A stretch of 64,000 bases of DNA from a virus. How positions within the stretch are numbered: the first letter of the stretch is position 1; each line of letters starts with the position of its first letter. Location: the IMG/VR virus record IMGVR_UViG_3300029876_000390. One strand, 5' to 3'. This document shows positions 9,859 to 19,129 of the stretch, piece by piece. The notes under the pieces are model-generated. The model was not told where the DNA came from. It made no database searches and saw nothing but the letters and a program-made list of their open reading frames with translations. A program made the position numbers and the translations under genes.

Positions 9859-11237
9859 AGTTCATTCCTCATGATTATCAGAGCTACTGTACGGAGTATA
9901 TCAAAACACATCCGGTCGCAGCCCTTTTTCTGGATATGGGCTTGGGTTAAGGAAAGACCGTTATCACATTGACGGCCATCAAAGACCTTATGCTGGAGAC
10001 CTTTGAGGTCAGTAAGGCTCTCATCATCGCGCCGCTGCGTGTGGCCCGTGATACATGGCCGGCAGAGATCGAAAAGTGGGATCATCTGCAAGGTCTGGAT
10101 ATTTCCGTCATCGTAGGTGATACAAAGACACGCATTGCGGCACTCCACCACCCGGCGATGATCTATGTCGTCAACCGGGAAAATATCAAATGGCTGGTGG
10201 AGTATTATGAGAAAAACGGAATGCGCTGGGATTTTGGCATGGTCGTGATTGATGAGCTGTCATCGTTCAAGAACTACCAGTCCCAGCGTTTTAAATTCCT
10301 GCGGAAAGTCCGCCCGTATGTGAAACGATGGGTCGGATTGACCGGCACCCCTTCTTCCAATGGTCTCATGGATCTTTGGGCGGAGATCGGGATTCTGGAT
10401 GGCGGGGAGCGGCTTGGCAAATTCATCGGTCGGTACCGGGAAGCTTATTTCAAAGCCTCTTCCATGAATCCTTCCACGGGTGTTGTGTTCCAATACAAGC
10501 CCAGAGAAGGAGCAGAGGAGCTGATCTACCAGCGGATCTCGGATATCACGATTTCTATGAAAGCACTGGATTACCTTCATATGCCGGACTGTATTCCAAG
10601 CCGGTACGAGGTGGAGATGAACACGCAGGAACGGGAACTCTACGATATGCTTCGGAAAGATCTGCTGATCCCGCTGAAAGACGGTGACATAGATGCTGCC
10701 AATGCTGCATCACTGACAGGGAAACTGTTGCAGATGAGCAATGGCGCTGTCTATGACGAGAATGGCAAAGCACGAGTCATCCATGACCACAAGCTGGAAG
10801 CTCTCGAAGACCTGATCGAAGCGGCCAACGGACAGCCAGTGCTAGTGGCCTACTGGTTCAAGCATGACCGCCAGCGCATTATGGAGCATTTGGCAAAGCA
10901 AAAGATTCCGGTACGGGATATCAAGAGCAGTACCGACATCAAAGACTGGAATGCCGGGAACATTCCAGTTGCTCTGATCCATCCTGCATCGGCCGGACAT
11001 GGCCTGAACATCCAGCAGGGTGGACACATCCTCATCTGGTTCGGGCTGACATGGAGTCTGGAACTGTACCAGCAGACTAATGCCAGACTCTGGCGGCAGG
11101 GGCAGACGGATGTGGTCACTATCCACCATATCATCACCAAGGACACGGTGGACGAGGATGTCATGGCGGCTTTGGAGCAGAAGGACATGACACAGGAAAA
11201 ACTGATCTCAGCGGTCAAGGCACAGCTGGGGAGATAG
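9855..11237 (+). pseudogene. SNF2-family helicase gene interrupted by an in-frame TAA (9948-9950) inside Walker A. It reads LDMGLG-stop-GKTVITL, consistent with a 6-nt TTAAGG insertion into an expected DMGLGKT motif.
   Basis: ORF 9567-9950 (in-frame ATG 9855, MKFIPHDYQ...LDMGLG) and ORF 9969-11237 are in the same frame with a single stop between them. Downstream are SNF2 motifs (DELSSFKN, GLTGTPSSNGLMDLW, helicase C-terminal QTNARLWRQGQ). Combined length 461 codons, typical for this helicase. Confidence 0.7.
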
Positions 11238-11245
11238 GAGAGAAT

Positions 11246-11944
11246 ATGAAAAAGCATCTGTTTTTGAATGCAGAGGACCGCCGTCCGGCAGAGGAGAGCG
11301 ATTATCGTTATAAAAAATCCAAGCCGGTAACGGCAATGAAAGCAAAAAGAGACGAGGAGGGATTCTTCATCCCCTGGGCAATGTTCCGGCCGATTGGCGA
11401 AAAGGGACTCCTTTGTGAGCTCTTTGGCACGAGTCCGATCCGCAGGGCAGCAGACCTGCGGCTGAACCGGGATCTTCTCATGAAGGAAGCCTATGAGCAT
11501 GAAGTGGAACTTCTGATGTGCCATATCCGGGCAAGTGAGCTCTGGATGCAGCAGGAATTCTGTAAGGAAGAACAGGCTATGGAACTGTATCAGAAATCCA
11601 AGATCCAGAATATGCCCAAGCTCACCCCGGACGGAAAACGAAAGGTCCTGCTGGATGCACTCACATGGAAATACGACTGTGTCCAGCAGTACAAAAAGAT
11701 CTGTTTTCAGTTTGCAGAGGCGGTCATTGCAAGGGAAAAGAGCCAGAATCTGGAGAATGCGAACTGGGAGCACTTTATCGAGCAGTTCATCAAGAAAGCA
11801 AATGAACTGCCGGAAGCAAACCGCCGTTTGCTGGATCTTTTATATGAGACTGCGTGGCACACGATCTATGTTTTTAAGTACGGAATTGCTCCGGAGAAGG
11901 TGCCGGCACCCTGGTATGACAGGATGGGAGGCGTTGAAAAATGA
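11246..11944 (+). CDS. Hypothetical protein.
   Basis: 232-aa ORF, RBS GGAGAGAAT before ATG 11246. Confidence 0.5.
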   Translation: MKKHLFLNAEDRRPAEESDYRYKKSKPVTAMKAKRDEEGFFIPWAMFRPIGEKGLLCELFGTSPIRRAADLRLNRDLLMKEAYEHEVELLMCHIRASELWMQQEFCKEEQAMELYQKSKIQNMPKLTPDGKRKVLLDALTWKYDCVQQYKKICFQFAEAVIAREKSQNLENANWEHFIEQFIKKANELPEANRRLLDLLYETAWHTIYVFKYGIAPEKVPAPWYDRMGGVEK

Positions 11945-12252
11945 GCAGAGTAAGAAGTACTGCAAAAGTTGCTGTCAGTGAAAATATGGTCTGCTATGAG
12001 AACCTGGCAAATGCCATCATCCTGCAGGCGGTCAAGGATTATAAGTGGGCGCTTCACCGGCTGGATGTCAATCCAAAGAACCGGGATGCGATGCACGAGA
12101 AAGAAAGATTGGAACGATTCTTTCATTCTCCGTGGTATGAGGCGCTTACGGATTTGGATGCAGACCGGCTGATCGAAGGGGTGCAGGAGCGGGTGCGTCA
12201 GAAAGCAGCCAAGCGACGAAAGAAGAAAGCCACCGTGGAGGCGTTCAGCTAA
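11941..12252 (+). CDS. Hypothetical protein.
   Basis: ATGA overlap with the upstream gene; 103 aa with basic C-terminus. Confidence 0.45.
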   Translation: MSRVRSTAKVAVSENMVCYENLANAIILQAVKDYKWALHRLDVNPKNRDAMHEKERLERFFHSPWYEALTDLDADRLIEGVQERVRQKAAKRRKKKATVEAFS

Positions 12253-12287
12253 AAACCAATTGGATCGGTCAGAAAGGAGGACGAACT

Positions 12288-12836
12288 ATGGCTGAGGAAA
12301 AGAATGTGGCATCTGCCGCAAAACCTGAACAGGTGGATTGTCTGGAGCTGGTCAAAAAACTGGCCGATTCCTATCGCTGTTTGATCCGCAGGCGGGAACT
12401 GCTACGGCAGCAGTATGAAGAATCGAAGTCGTGGTTTTATACGAAAGATGAGATCATCTATAAACTGTCGCAGGGCGCACATGAGGAATCCGAACGGGTG
12501 CAGACAAGCGGCTTGTCGAACCCGGTGGAAAGAACGGTCCTTAATTGCGATAAGGTGCTGGCATCCATGAATCGGGAAGTGCAGACACAGCGCACGGAGC
12601 AGTTTCTGGAGCCTTACTATGAGGTTTGTGAGCAGATCGAACTCTTTGAGATCGGGCTTCGCAGTCTGCGCGGCCAGACCCGGCTTGTGGCGGAGCAGTT
12701 GTTTGTGGATGGGAAGAAGCAGTCGGAGATTACGGGGGCGGAAGGGAAATTGCTGACCCGGAGAACGGTAGTCCGGGAGAAAGAAAATGCCCTTATTGGA
12801 ATGGCCGACACAATTGGCCGCTATCAGAGGAGGTGA
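12288..12836 (+). CDS. Putative phage transcriptional regulator with sigma-70 region-4-like C-terminal HTH.
   Basis: RBS AAAGGAGGACGAACT before ATG; C-terminal segment RLVAEQLFVDGKKQSEITGAEGKLLTRRTVVREKENALIGMA resembles r4 / ArpU-like HTH. Confidence 0.4.
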   Translation: MAEEKNVASAAKPEQVDCLELVKKLADSYRCLIRRRELLRQQYEESKSWFYTKDEIIYKLSQGAHEESERVQTSGLSNPVERTVLNCDKVLASMNREVQTQRTEQFLEPYYEVCEQIELFEIGLRSLRGQTRLVAEQLFVDGKKQSEITGAEGKLLTRRTVVREKENALIGMADTIGRYQRR

Positions 12837-12844
12837 TACGGAAT

Positions 12845-13291
12845 ATGAAACAGGAAACAGCAGAGGATATGCTGGAGTTTGCAAAAGAAGTCTGCCAGAA
12901 ATACAGCAGGGTAAAAACGCTGGCGGAGGAAACACAAATGCAGTGGAGGCAGGATCTTGAAATGGCTGCGGATTCTAAATATCCGGGTGAAAAGGAAATG
13001 TATGACCGGCAGGCAGAAGAAAGTCTTGCAAGGTATACAGCGGTAAGAGAGTGGCTTGAGCTGGCTGATGCAGCGGCGTTTCGGATCAGAGACAGTAAGG
13101 CACAGATCGTTGTGAGACAGCACTGTCTGGATCGGATTCCGCTGAAAGCGGTCGAATTTGAGAATGGAAAGCATATGGGAAAAACAGTCGTCTTTTATCA
13201 TAAAAAAATCGGGCTGCAGCAGTTTTCAGAAGAGCTTTTCTCCAGCAAGGAGCAGATGTGGCAGCTGGAAAAAAAGTTCTGCAAAAACTGA
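12845..13291 (+). CDS. Hypothetical protein.
   Basis: ORF after RBS AGAGGAGG (alternative GTG start 12833); followed by a hairpin AACGG-aaacgaa-CCGTT + TTTTT at about 13300-13322. Confidence 0.45.
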   Translation: MKQETAEDMLEFAKEVCQKYSRVKTLAEETQMQWRQDLEMAADSKYPGEKEMYDRQAEESLARYTAVREWLELADAAAFRIRDSKAQIVVRQHCLDRIPLKAVEFENGKHMGKTVVFYHKKIGLQQFSEELFSSKEQMWQLEKKFCKN

Positions 13292-13439
13292 ACTTTACGA
13301 ACGGAAACGAACCGTTTTTGAACTTTTCCTTCTTAACTGTACATCGGTTTTTTGCTATACTTTAAACTAGGAAAATAGGAAAACAAAGGCATAAAGATAC
13401 TGGAAAGCATCCGGTGTTTTTATGCCTTTTTACATTTAC

Positions 13440-13476
13440 GGCCGCTATGAGGATTCCATCTTCAGCGGCCTTTTTG
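13440..13476 (+). terminator. Intrinsic terminator.
   Basis: GGCCGCT-(16 nt loop)-AGCGGCC followed by TTTTT; it lies inside the 60-aa track ORF 13422-13604, arguing that ORF is spurious. Confidence 0.45.
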
Positions 13477-13501
13477 CTATCAAACTGGAGGTGAGATCCC
13501 A

Positions 13502-14065
13502 ATGGGGAGAAAGAAAAAGAATGCCCGGTCAGCAGCACATGGACGAAAGATCCACGTTAATAAATACATCAATCAACGAGGGAAGACCAAGAAAAGGGCA
13601 GTAGTATCCTGTCAGCCGGCACCTAATAGAGTGCCGATTCAGGAGATGCCGCTTACCAGATGGCCGGTACCAAAGATACCGAAGCAGTATGAGATCTGGT
13701 TTGCAGAACTGGGGAATCATTATGGTACCTCGGTGCAGAGCGGGAACCGCCCGGTGCTGGTTATCAGCAACGATATGGCAAACCGCAATTCTCCGATTAT
13801 CACGGTGATTCCGATGAGTTCCAAGTTGAAGAAGCTGGAGCTGCCGGTACACATCCCGGTCACCGGGAGAGACTGCGAAATGCTCCGGGAAGAGGGAATG
13901 GAAGAATCCATTCTGCTGGTGGAGCAGATCACGACCATTGACAAGATGGTCCTGTGCAACCGGCTTTGCCGTGTGACCTCGGCCAAGAAAAAGCAGGAGA
14001 TCGAAGCTGCTGTTAAAAAGCAGTTTGCGATGCAGGCTTGCATGGGAAGGGAGGCGCAGGCATGA
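13502..14065 (+). CDS. PemK/MazF-like toxin (mRNA interferase fold) with an unusual basic N-terminal extension; the core domain starts at internal ATG 13646.
   Basis: WFAELGNHYGTSVQSGNRPVLVISNDMANRNSPIITVIPMSSKLKKLELPVHIPV matches the PemK/MazF signature (RP.LV.S.D..N......V.P.T). RBS GGAGGTGAG before ATG 13502. Confidence 0.6.
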   Translation: MGRKKKNARSAAHGRKIHVNKYINQRGKTKKRAVVSCQPAPNRVPIQEMPLTRWPVPKIPKQYEIWFAELGNHYGTSVQSGNRPVLVISNDMANRNSPIITVIPMSSKLKKLELPVHIPVTGRDCEMLREEGMEESILLVEQITTIDKMVLCNRLCRVTSAKKKQEIEAAVKKQFAMQACMGREAQA

Positions 14066-16491
14066 TGGACATCAAGAACATTCCGGGCAAGCTGAAAACG
14101 ACCTGCAGCTTCTGTGTCTGGAAGTTTGAAAAGCGTAACGGCCAGAAGACCAAGATGCCGTACAACCCGGCAACGGGAGAACGGGCAAAGATCAATGACC
14201 TGCGTACATTTTCGGATTTCAAGAATACCCTTGTCACCTATGCGATGGGCGGTTATGACGGTATCGGTATTGCTGTTGGCAACGGAATCGGAGCTTTTGA
14301 TATCGACCACTGTATCCGGGAGGATGGTACGCTGAACGATACGGCGGATACCGTCCTTTCCATCTTTCCTACGGCTTACGTGGAAAAATCTCCGTCCGGC
14401 AAAGGATTGCGAGGTTTCTTCTGTGTGCCGGAAGACTATGTTTACGACAAGACGGTCTACTACATCAATAACCGCAGCAAGGGGCTGGAAGTGTACATGC
14501 CCGGTGCGACGAACCGCTTCGTCACCGTAACGGGAGATGTTTACCGAACAGGTGAGATCCCGAACGATGAAACCGCAATGACGACACTGTTGGACACGCT
14601 GATGAAGCGAAACAAGCAGGTGCAGCAGACCCATTTCCAGCACCATTCGTATCTGGATGATGAGGCTGTTATCGCACACGCCAACGAAGCCAGCAACTCG
14701 GAAAAATTCAAAAAACTCTTTGCCGGTGACTGGGAAGACCTCTACGGCAGCCAGTCAGATGCGGATATGGCATTGCTGTCGATCCTGGCATTCTGGTGTG
14801 GCTGTGATGAGGAGCAGATGGACCGTATTTTTCGTACCTCAGGCCTGATGCGCGACAAGTGGGACAGAAAACAGGCTGGTTCGACCTACGGCGCGATCTC
14901 TATCCGTAACACGGTCAATACCTGTGCGGCCGTCTACATGCCGGTCAATGCGCAGGATATCGTGGATGAGGAGTTTTCCAAGCTGGATGAGGATGACTAT
15001 ATCGAATTCCAGCCGGATCTTACCAAGATCACGGTCACGCTGGAAGAAATGGCCCCGCATACAAATTCCCGGTATGGCAGAAATGAGATCGGCATGGGCA
15101 ATATGTTTGCGGATTATTTCAAGCAGATCGCCCGGTACAACAGTGAGCGTAAAGGCTGGTATGTCTATGACGGCTCTGTCTGGCGGCCGGACAAAGGCAA
15201 CCTCAAGGTATCGGAACTGGCAAAGCTGCTGGCGGACAAGCTGTATGTGTTTGCCCTGACGATTACCGAAGAGGATGCCAGAAAGCGGTTCATCGACCGT
15301 GTCCGAAAGCTGCAGCTGCGTAAGAACCGGGAAACGATGCTGAAAGATGCCATGTCCGTGTACCCGATCTCCATGCAGGCATTCGACAGGAACAAGTATT
15401 TCTTCAACTGCAAAAATGGAACGCTGGATATGCGGACATTGGAATTCAGGGAGCATCGGCCGGAGGATTATCTCACAATGGAATCCGGTATTACCTACGA
15501 CCCGGAAGCAGACTGTCCACGCTGGCACTCGTTTATCAAGGAGGTCATGTGCGGGGATGCGGATCTGGCAGACTTCCTTCAGCGTTCTTTGGGATACGCC
15601 CTGACAGGAGATACCTCGCAGGAGTGTATGTTTATCCTTTACGGTGCCACTTCCCGAAACGGCAAAGGCACTGCAATGGAAACATTCCTGAAGATTATGG
15701 GCGACTATGGAAAGACATCGAATCCGGATATGCTGGCAGCTAAATTCCGTGGTGGGAACACAGGCGGACCTTCGGAAGAAGTGGCTCGTCTGGTCGGTTC
15801 CAGATTTGTAAATATCTCTGAGCCGGAGAAGAAGATCACATTTAATGCGGCTCTCGTAAAAAGAATGACCGGCAACGATACCATCAACGCCCGATTCCTA
15901 AATGAGAACAGCTTTGATTTTGTGCCAGTGTTCAAGATTTTTATCAATACGAACTACCTGCCTAATGTCAATGATATGACCTTGTTCCAATCCGGCCGAC
16001 TGAAGATCATCCCATTTAACCGTCATTTTGAAGAGGGAGAACAAGACCAGGGGCTGAAGGGGCAGTTTGCGAAGCCGGAGAACCTGTCAGGTATTTTCAA
16101 CTGGTGTCTGGAAGGGTACAAAAAGTTCTGCCAGCGGGGTTTGGAACTTCCGCAGGCTGTCACGAAAGCAACGGAAGATTACAAGGATGATTCTGATCGG
16201 ATCGGGCAGTTCATTGAGGCGTGGCTTGAAAAAGAGGATGGGTCGGAACTTCGGACGGCGGCAGCATATCAGCTGTACACAAAGTGGTGTGAGGAGAACG
16301 GGTATTCCTCGGAGAACCAGAAGAACTTTAAAAATGCTATCGGTGTGCATTTCAAAGTGGTCCGAAAGCGTCCCAAAGGCGGTGGCGGACAGACTACGCT
16401 GATCATGGACTGCAAGTTCAAGGAAGTAGAAGCTGGAGCGGAAGACCTGACGGTACAGGACGCATATAAGCCAAAGGACAGCCTTTTGTGA
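14062..16491 (+). CDS. Phage primase-helicase (N-terminal bifunctional primase-polymerase-like domain + P4/D5-type SF3 helicase C-terminal domain).
   Basis: Walker A GATSRNGKGTAMETF and D5/P4-family C-terminal primase pattern; 810 aa; position in the replication module. Confidence 0.8.
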   Translation: MMDIKNIPGKLKTTCSFCVWKFEKRNGQKTKMPYNPATGERAKINDLRTFSDFKNTLVTYAMGGYDGIGIAVGNGIGAFDIDHCIREDGTLNDTADTVLSIFPTAYVEKSPSGKGLRGFFCVPEDYVYDKTVYYINNRSKGLEVYMPGATNRFVTVTGDVYRTGEIPNDETAMTTLLDTLMKRNKQVQQTHFQHHSYLDDEAVIAHANEASNSEKFKKLFAGDWEDLYGSQSDADMALLSILAFWCGCDEEQMDRIFRTSGLMRDKWDRKQAGSTYGAISIRNTVNTCAAVYMPVNAQDIVDEEFSKLDEDDYIEFQPDLTKITVTLEEMAPHTNSRYGRNEIGMGNMFADYFKQIARYNSERKGWYVYDGSVWRPDKGNLKVSELAKLLADKLYVFALTITEEDARKRFIDRVRKLQLRKNRETMLKDAMSVYPISMQAFDRNKYFFNCKNGTLDMRTLEFREHRPEDYLTMESGITYDPEADCPRWHSFIKEVMCGDADLADFLQRSLGYALTGDTSQECMFILYGATSRNGKGTAMETFLKIMGDYGKTSNPDMLAAKFRGGNTGGPSEEVARLVGSRFVNISEPEKKITFNAALVKRMTGNDTINARFLNENSFDFVPVFKIFINTNYLPNVNDMTLFQSGRLKIIPFNRHFEEGEQDQGLKGQFAKPENLSGIFNWCLEGYKKFCQRGLELPQAVTKATEDYKDDSDRIGQFIEAWLEKEDGSELRTAAAYQLYTKWCEENGYSSENQKNFKNAIGVHFKVVRKRPKGGGGQTTLIMDCKFKEVEAGAEDLTVQDAYKPKDSLL

Positions 16492-16763
16492 CCTTTTTTC
16501 TGATTTTGGGTGCTTTGTAGCATGTAGCTGGTTTGTAGCCGAGATTTCATAACCTTTTTTATTATTACTTTCTTTTATAGCTTTCTTATATAAAATTCAG
16601 CTACATGGTTGCTACATGCTACATGAGTTGAAAAGAAGAAAGGAAATTAAGAGAATGAACGGAAACCATGAACGGAGACAGGGTCGGCAGTTTTTGTGGG
16701 AGCCTATTTGTGGGCAAGGGCAAAGGCGGCCTGCTTTGTGATACATGAAAGAGAGGACAGAAC
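16492..16763. repeat. AT-rich intergenic region with inverted repeats of GTAGCATGTAGC; candidate replication origin / regulatory region.
   Basis: tttgtagcatgtagctggtttgtagcc at about 16515-16545 and cagctacatggttgctacatgctacatg at about 16591-16620 are reverse complements, flanking an AT-rich stretch directly downstream of the primase gene. Confidence 0.35.
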
Positions 16764-17831
16764 ATGAGTAAGATCATCACTTGTGAACAGGTCAGCAATG
16801 GTCATCCTGATAAGATCTGTGACCAGATCGCAGATGCTATTGTGACCGACATTCTTCAGCATGACAAGAACGCCCGTGTGGCAATCGAGTGTCTGCTGAA
16901 AAAGAGCCAGCTTTTTATTGCCGGCGAGGTCACCACCGATTACCGGCCAAACTACAACCAGATCGTCCACGATGTGTTCAACCGCATCGGCGCCGAAAAG
17001 CTGGGCTGGAACCTGACAGAGCTTCTCCGAATCGGCATTCTGGTGGACAAGCAGTCCCCGGATATTGCGCTGGGTGTGGACAAGGGCGGTGCCGGTGACC
17101 AGGGCATCATGTATGGCTATGCCACCAACGAGACGGCAGAGCAGATGCCCATTCCGTACATGGTCGCCACCAAGTTCCTGCAACTGCTGACGAACCATCC
17201 GTCTAAGATGTTCCGTGCAGATGCCAAGGCGCAGGTCAGCTACGATTACGACACCGGACGCATCACCACCTTCCTCTGCTCCGTGCAGCACAGCCCGGAT
17301 GTGGAGGTCAGCGACTTCCGGCACATCATCGAATCCATGATGGTGCTTGCCGCCTGCGAGTACGGACTGGACGGTGACTTTACGAAGCTGGTCAACCCGA
17401 CCGGCCGTTTCGTGCTGGGTGGTAGCTACGCCGACTGTGGTGTGACTGGCCGGAAGCTGGCATGCGATACCTACGGCGGCATCGGTCGCATGGGCGGCGG
17501 TGCTCTGAGCGGCAAAGATCCCACCAAGGTGGACCGTTCCGCTGCATACATGGCGAGGAAGATTGCCAAGGACATCGTGCAGGCGGGCTACGCAGACAAG
17601 TGCGAAGTCCAGCTGGCCTACGCCATCGGCGTGGTACAGCCAGTGGGTGTGGCAGTGGAGTGCTTCGGTACGGAGCACCAGTCCCTTGACTTCATCGAAG
17701 CCTACGTCCATGACAGCTACGACCTGACCCCGCAGGGTATCATCAAGCGGCTGGGACTGCTGGATGTAGATTACAACAAGGTCAGTGCCTACGGTCACTT
17801 CGGCAAGGCTGGTCTTCCGTGGGAGGACTGA
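16764..17831 (+). CDS. metK: S-adenosylmethionine synthetase (methionine adenosyltransferase).
   Basis: SNGHPDKICDQIADAIVTDIL (N-terminal MetK motif) and GGGALSGKDPTKVDRSAAYMARKIAK (MetK signature 2). RBS AGAGAGG before ATG. Confidence 0.85.
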   Translation: MSKIITCEQVSNGHPDKICDQIADAIVTDILQHDKNARVAIECLLKKSQLFIAGEVTTDYRPNYNQIVHDVFNRIGAEKLGWNLTELLRIGILVDKQSPDIALGVDKGGAGDQGIMYGYATNETAEQMPIPYMVATKFLQLLTNHPSKMFRADAKAQVSYDYDTGRITTFLCSVQHSPDVEVSDFRHIIESMMVLAACEYGLDGDFTKLVNPTGRFVLGGSYADCGVTGRKLACDTYGGIGRMGGGALSGKDPTKVDRSAAYMARKIAKDIVQAGYADKCEVQLAYAIGVVQPVGVAVECFGTEHQSLDFIEAYVHDSYDLTPQGIIKRLGLLDVDYNKVSAYGHFGKAGLPWED

Positions 17832-17834
17832 CCC

Positions 17835-18194
17835 ATGCCGTACAGACCAAAGACACCGTGCCATCACCCCGGCTGTCCGGAGCTGGTGGAAGCCGGCCGG
17901 CTCTACTGTGAGAAGCACCTGCCTCTCCACCCAGAAGCCACCCGGCCAGCAGCAAAGCGTGGATACAACAGACGTTGGCAGAAAGCCAGGAAGTCGTATC
18001 TCGAAGCCCATCCGCTGTGTGTGCAGTGTGCCAAGCAGGGTAAGTATGTCCGGGCAACGGTCGTGGATCACATCGTTCCGCATCGTGGTGACCAGAAACT
18101 TTTCTGGGACCAAAATAATTGGCAGGCTCTCTGCAAGAACTGTCACGATAAGAAGACGCTGACCGAAGACATCAACCCAACCTACACCTACTGA
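17835..18194 (+). CDS. HNH endonuclease.
   Basis: CxxC...H...N...H pattern: CVQCAKQGKYVRATVVDHIVPHRGDQKLFWDQNNWQALCKNCHDKKT. Confidence 0.8.
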   Translation: MPYRPKTPCHHPGCPELVEAGRLYCEKHLPLHPEATRPAAKRGYNRRWQKARKSYLEAHPLCVQCAKQGKYVRATVVDHIVPHRGDQKLFWDQNNWQALCKNCHDKKTLTEDINPTYTY

Positions 18195-18594
18195 CACCCC
18201 CGCCGGGGCCGGGGTCACTTCTCTACGGTGAAGTCACACGGAGACCGGTGGCCCCTTTTCTGTGAAAAACCGCAAAATTCATAGGCCGGGGGTCAGAGGA
18301 TTAACGGCGCAAAATGAAACAGGAAAATGTACAGGCATCGAAGCTTCGGTTCCGGTGCCATTCTTTTTCCCCGAAATGAACCAAAGTGTGTGAAACCTCT
18401 CGTAAACAGGGAGCTTTCGCACATTTTAGCTTGTTCCGGGAGGAGCGAGGGCGAGCGAAGATCGGCCGCCGCAACAACAATTCAACCAGGCGGGACGGGG
18501 CCGATTTCCACTTCGCCGCTTTTCGTATGAATTATGAGATTTTTCTAAGAAACCGCCGAAGAAACGGCGAAAAATGAGAGTGAGGTGAGGGTAG

Positions 18595-18894
18595 ATGGAA
18601 GATTACACGGCTGAGATGATCAAGGACATGGCTTTTTCGTTCTGCCCTCAGTGCGGTACAGCCATTGTACCGAATCATAAAGGCAGGCCGAGAAAGTTCT
18701 GCTCACCAGAATGCCGGTCAAGATGGAACAACACCCATCCAAAGCCGGAAAACTGGAGTACAGTGCGGTCAAAGATCTGTCCGGTGTGCGGCAGGGAGTT
18801 TTCCTACCGGCATCAGTACGGGTTGGAACGAAAATATTGCAGCCGGGCTTGTGCCAACCGGGGCAGAAAAAAGGAGGCGGACAGGAATGAGTGA
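18595..18894 (+). CDS. Zinc-ribbon protein, hypothetical.
   Basis: Four CxxC pairs (CPQCG, CSPEC, CPVCG, CSRAC); RBS GAGGTGAGGGTAG before ATG. Confidence 0.5.
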   Translation: MEDYTAEMIKDMAFSFCPQCGTAIVPNHKGRPRKFCSPECRSRWNNTHPKPENWSTVRSKICPVCGREFSYRHQYGLERKYCSRACANRGRKKEADRNE

Positions 18895-19129
18895 GAAAAT
18901 TATCGGTGTGTATCCATTGTTCAACACCGGGGGTATCTGTGTACATGCGATTGACGATGCGGAAGATAAGGTTCTGGCATCCGTGAACGGGGAAAACCTG
19001 GAATGGTGCGAGATGGCTGAACAGCCGCAGGAAGATGGAGATGAGATGGAGTCGGGCTTTTTGTTCGGCTCCTTTTTCGTGCCGTTCTCCGGGGTCGTAC
19101 GCATGTGAATCTAAAACGGGAGGGCTTAC

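Noticed and set aside
9567-9950. 127-aa ORF reported as a separate gene.
   Set aside because: Only its last 32 codons (from ATG 9855) are meaningful; they are the N-terminus of the SNF2 helicase up to the in-frame TAA. The upstream part overlaps the VRR-NUC gene in another frame.
9945-9950. Possibility that the in-frame TAA in the helicase signals an alternative genetic code (stop-codon reassignment) for this phage.
   Set aside because: All other conserved genes (polymerase, terminase, portal, capsid, MetK, methyltransferases, recombinases) are intact with standard stops. TAA reassignment is unknown in bacterial systems, and the stop adds an extra residue to an otherwise canonical P-loop. 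A 6-nt insertion or mutation is more parsimonious.
13422-13604. 60-aa ORF upstream of the MazF-like gene, considered as its antitoxin.
   Set aside because: Contains a strong terminator hairpin (GGCCGCT...AGCGGCC TTTTT) in its middle, has no RBS and no similarity to MazE/PemI folds; likely non-coding.
16704-18218. 504-aa reverse-strand ORF overlapping metK and the HNH gene.
   Set aside because: Shadow ORF in GC-rich DNA opposite a gene with unambiguous MetK signatures; no RBS, low-complexity Gly/Val/Ala-rich translation.
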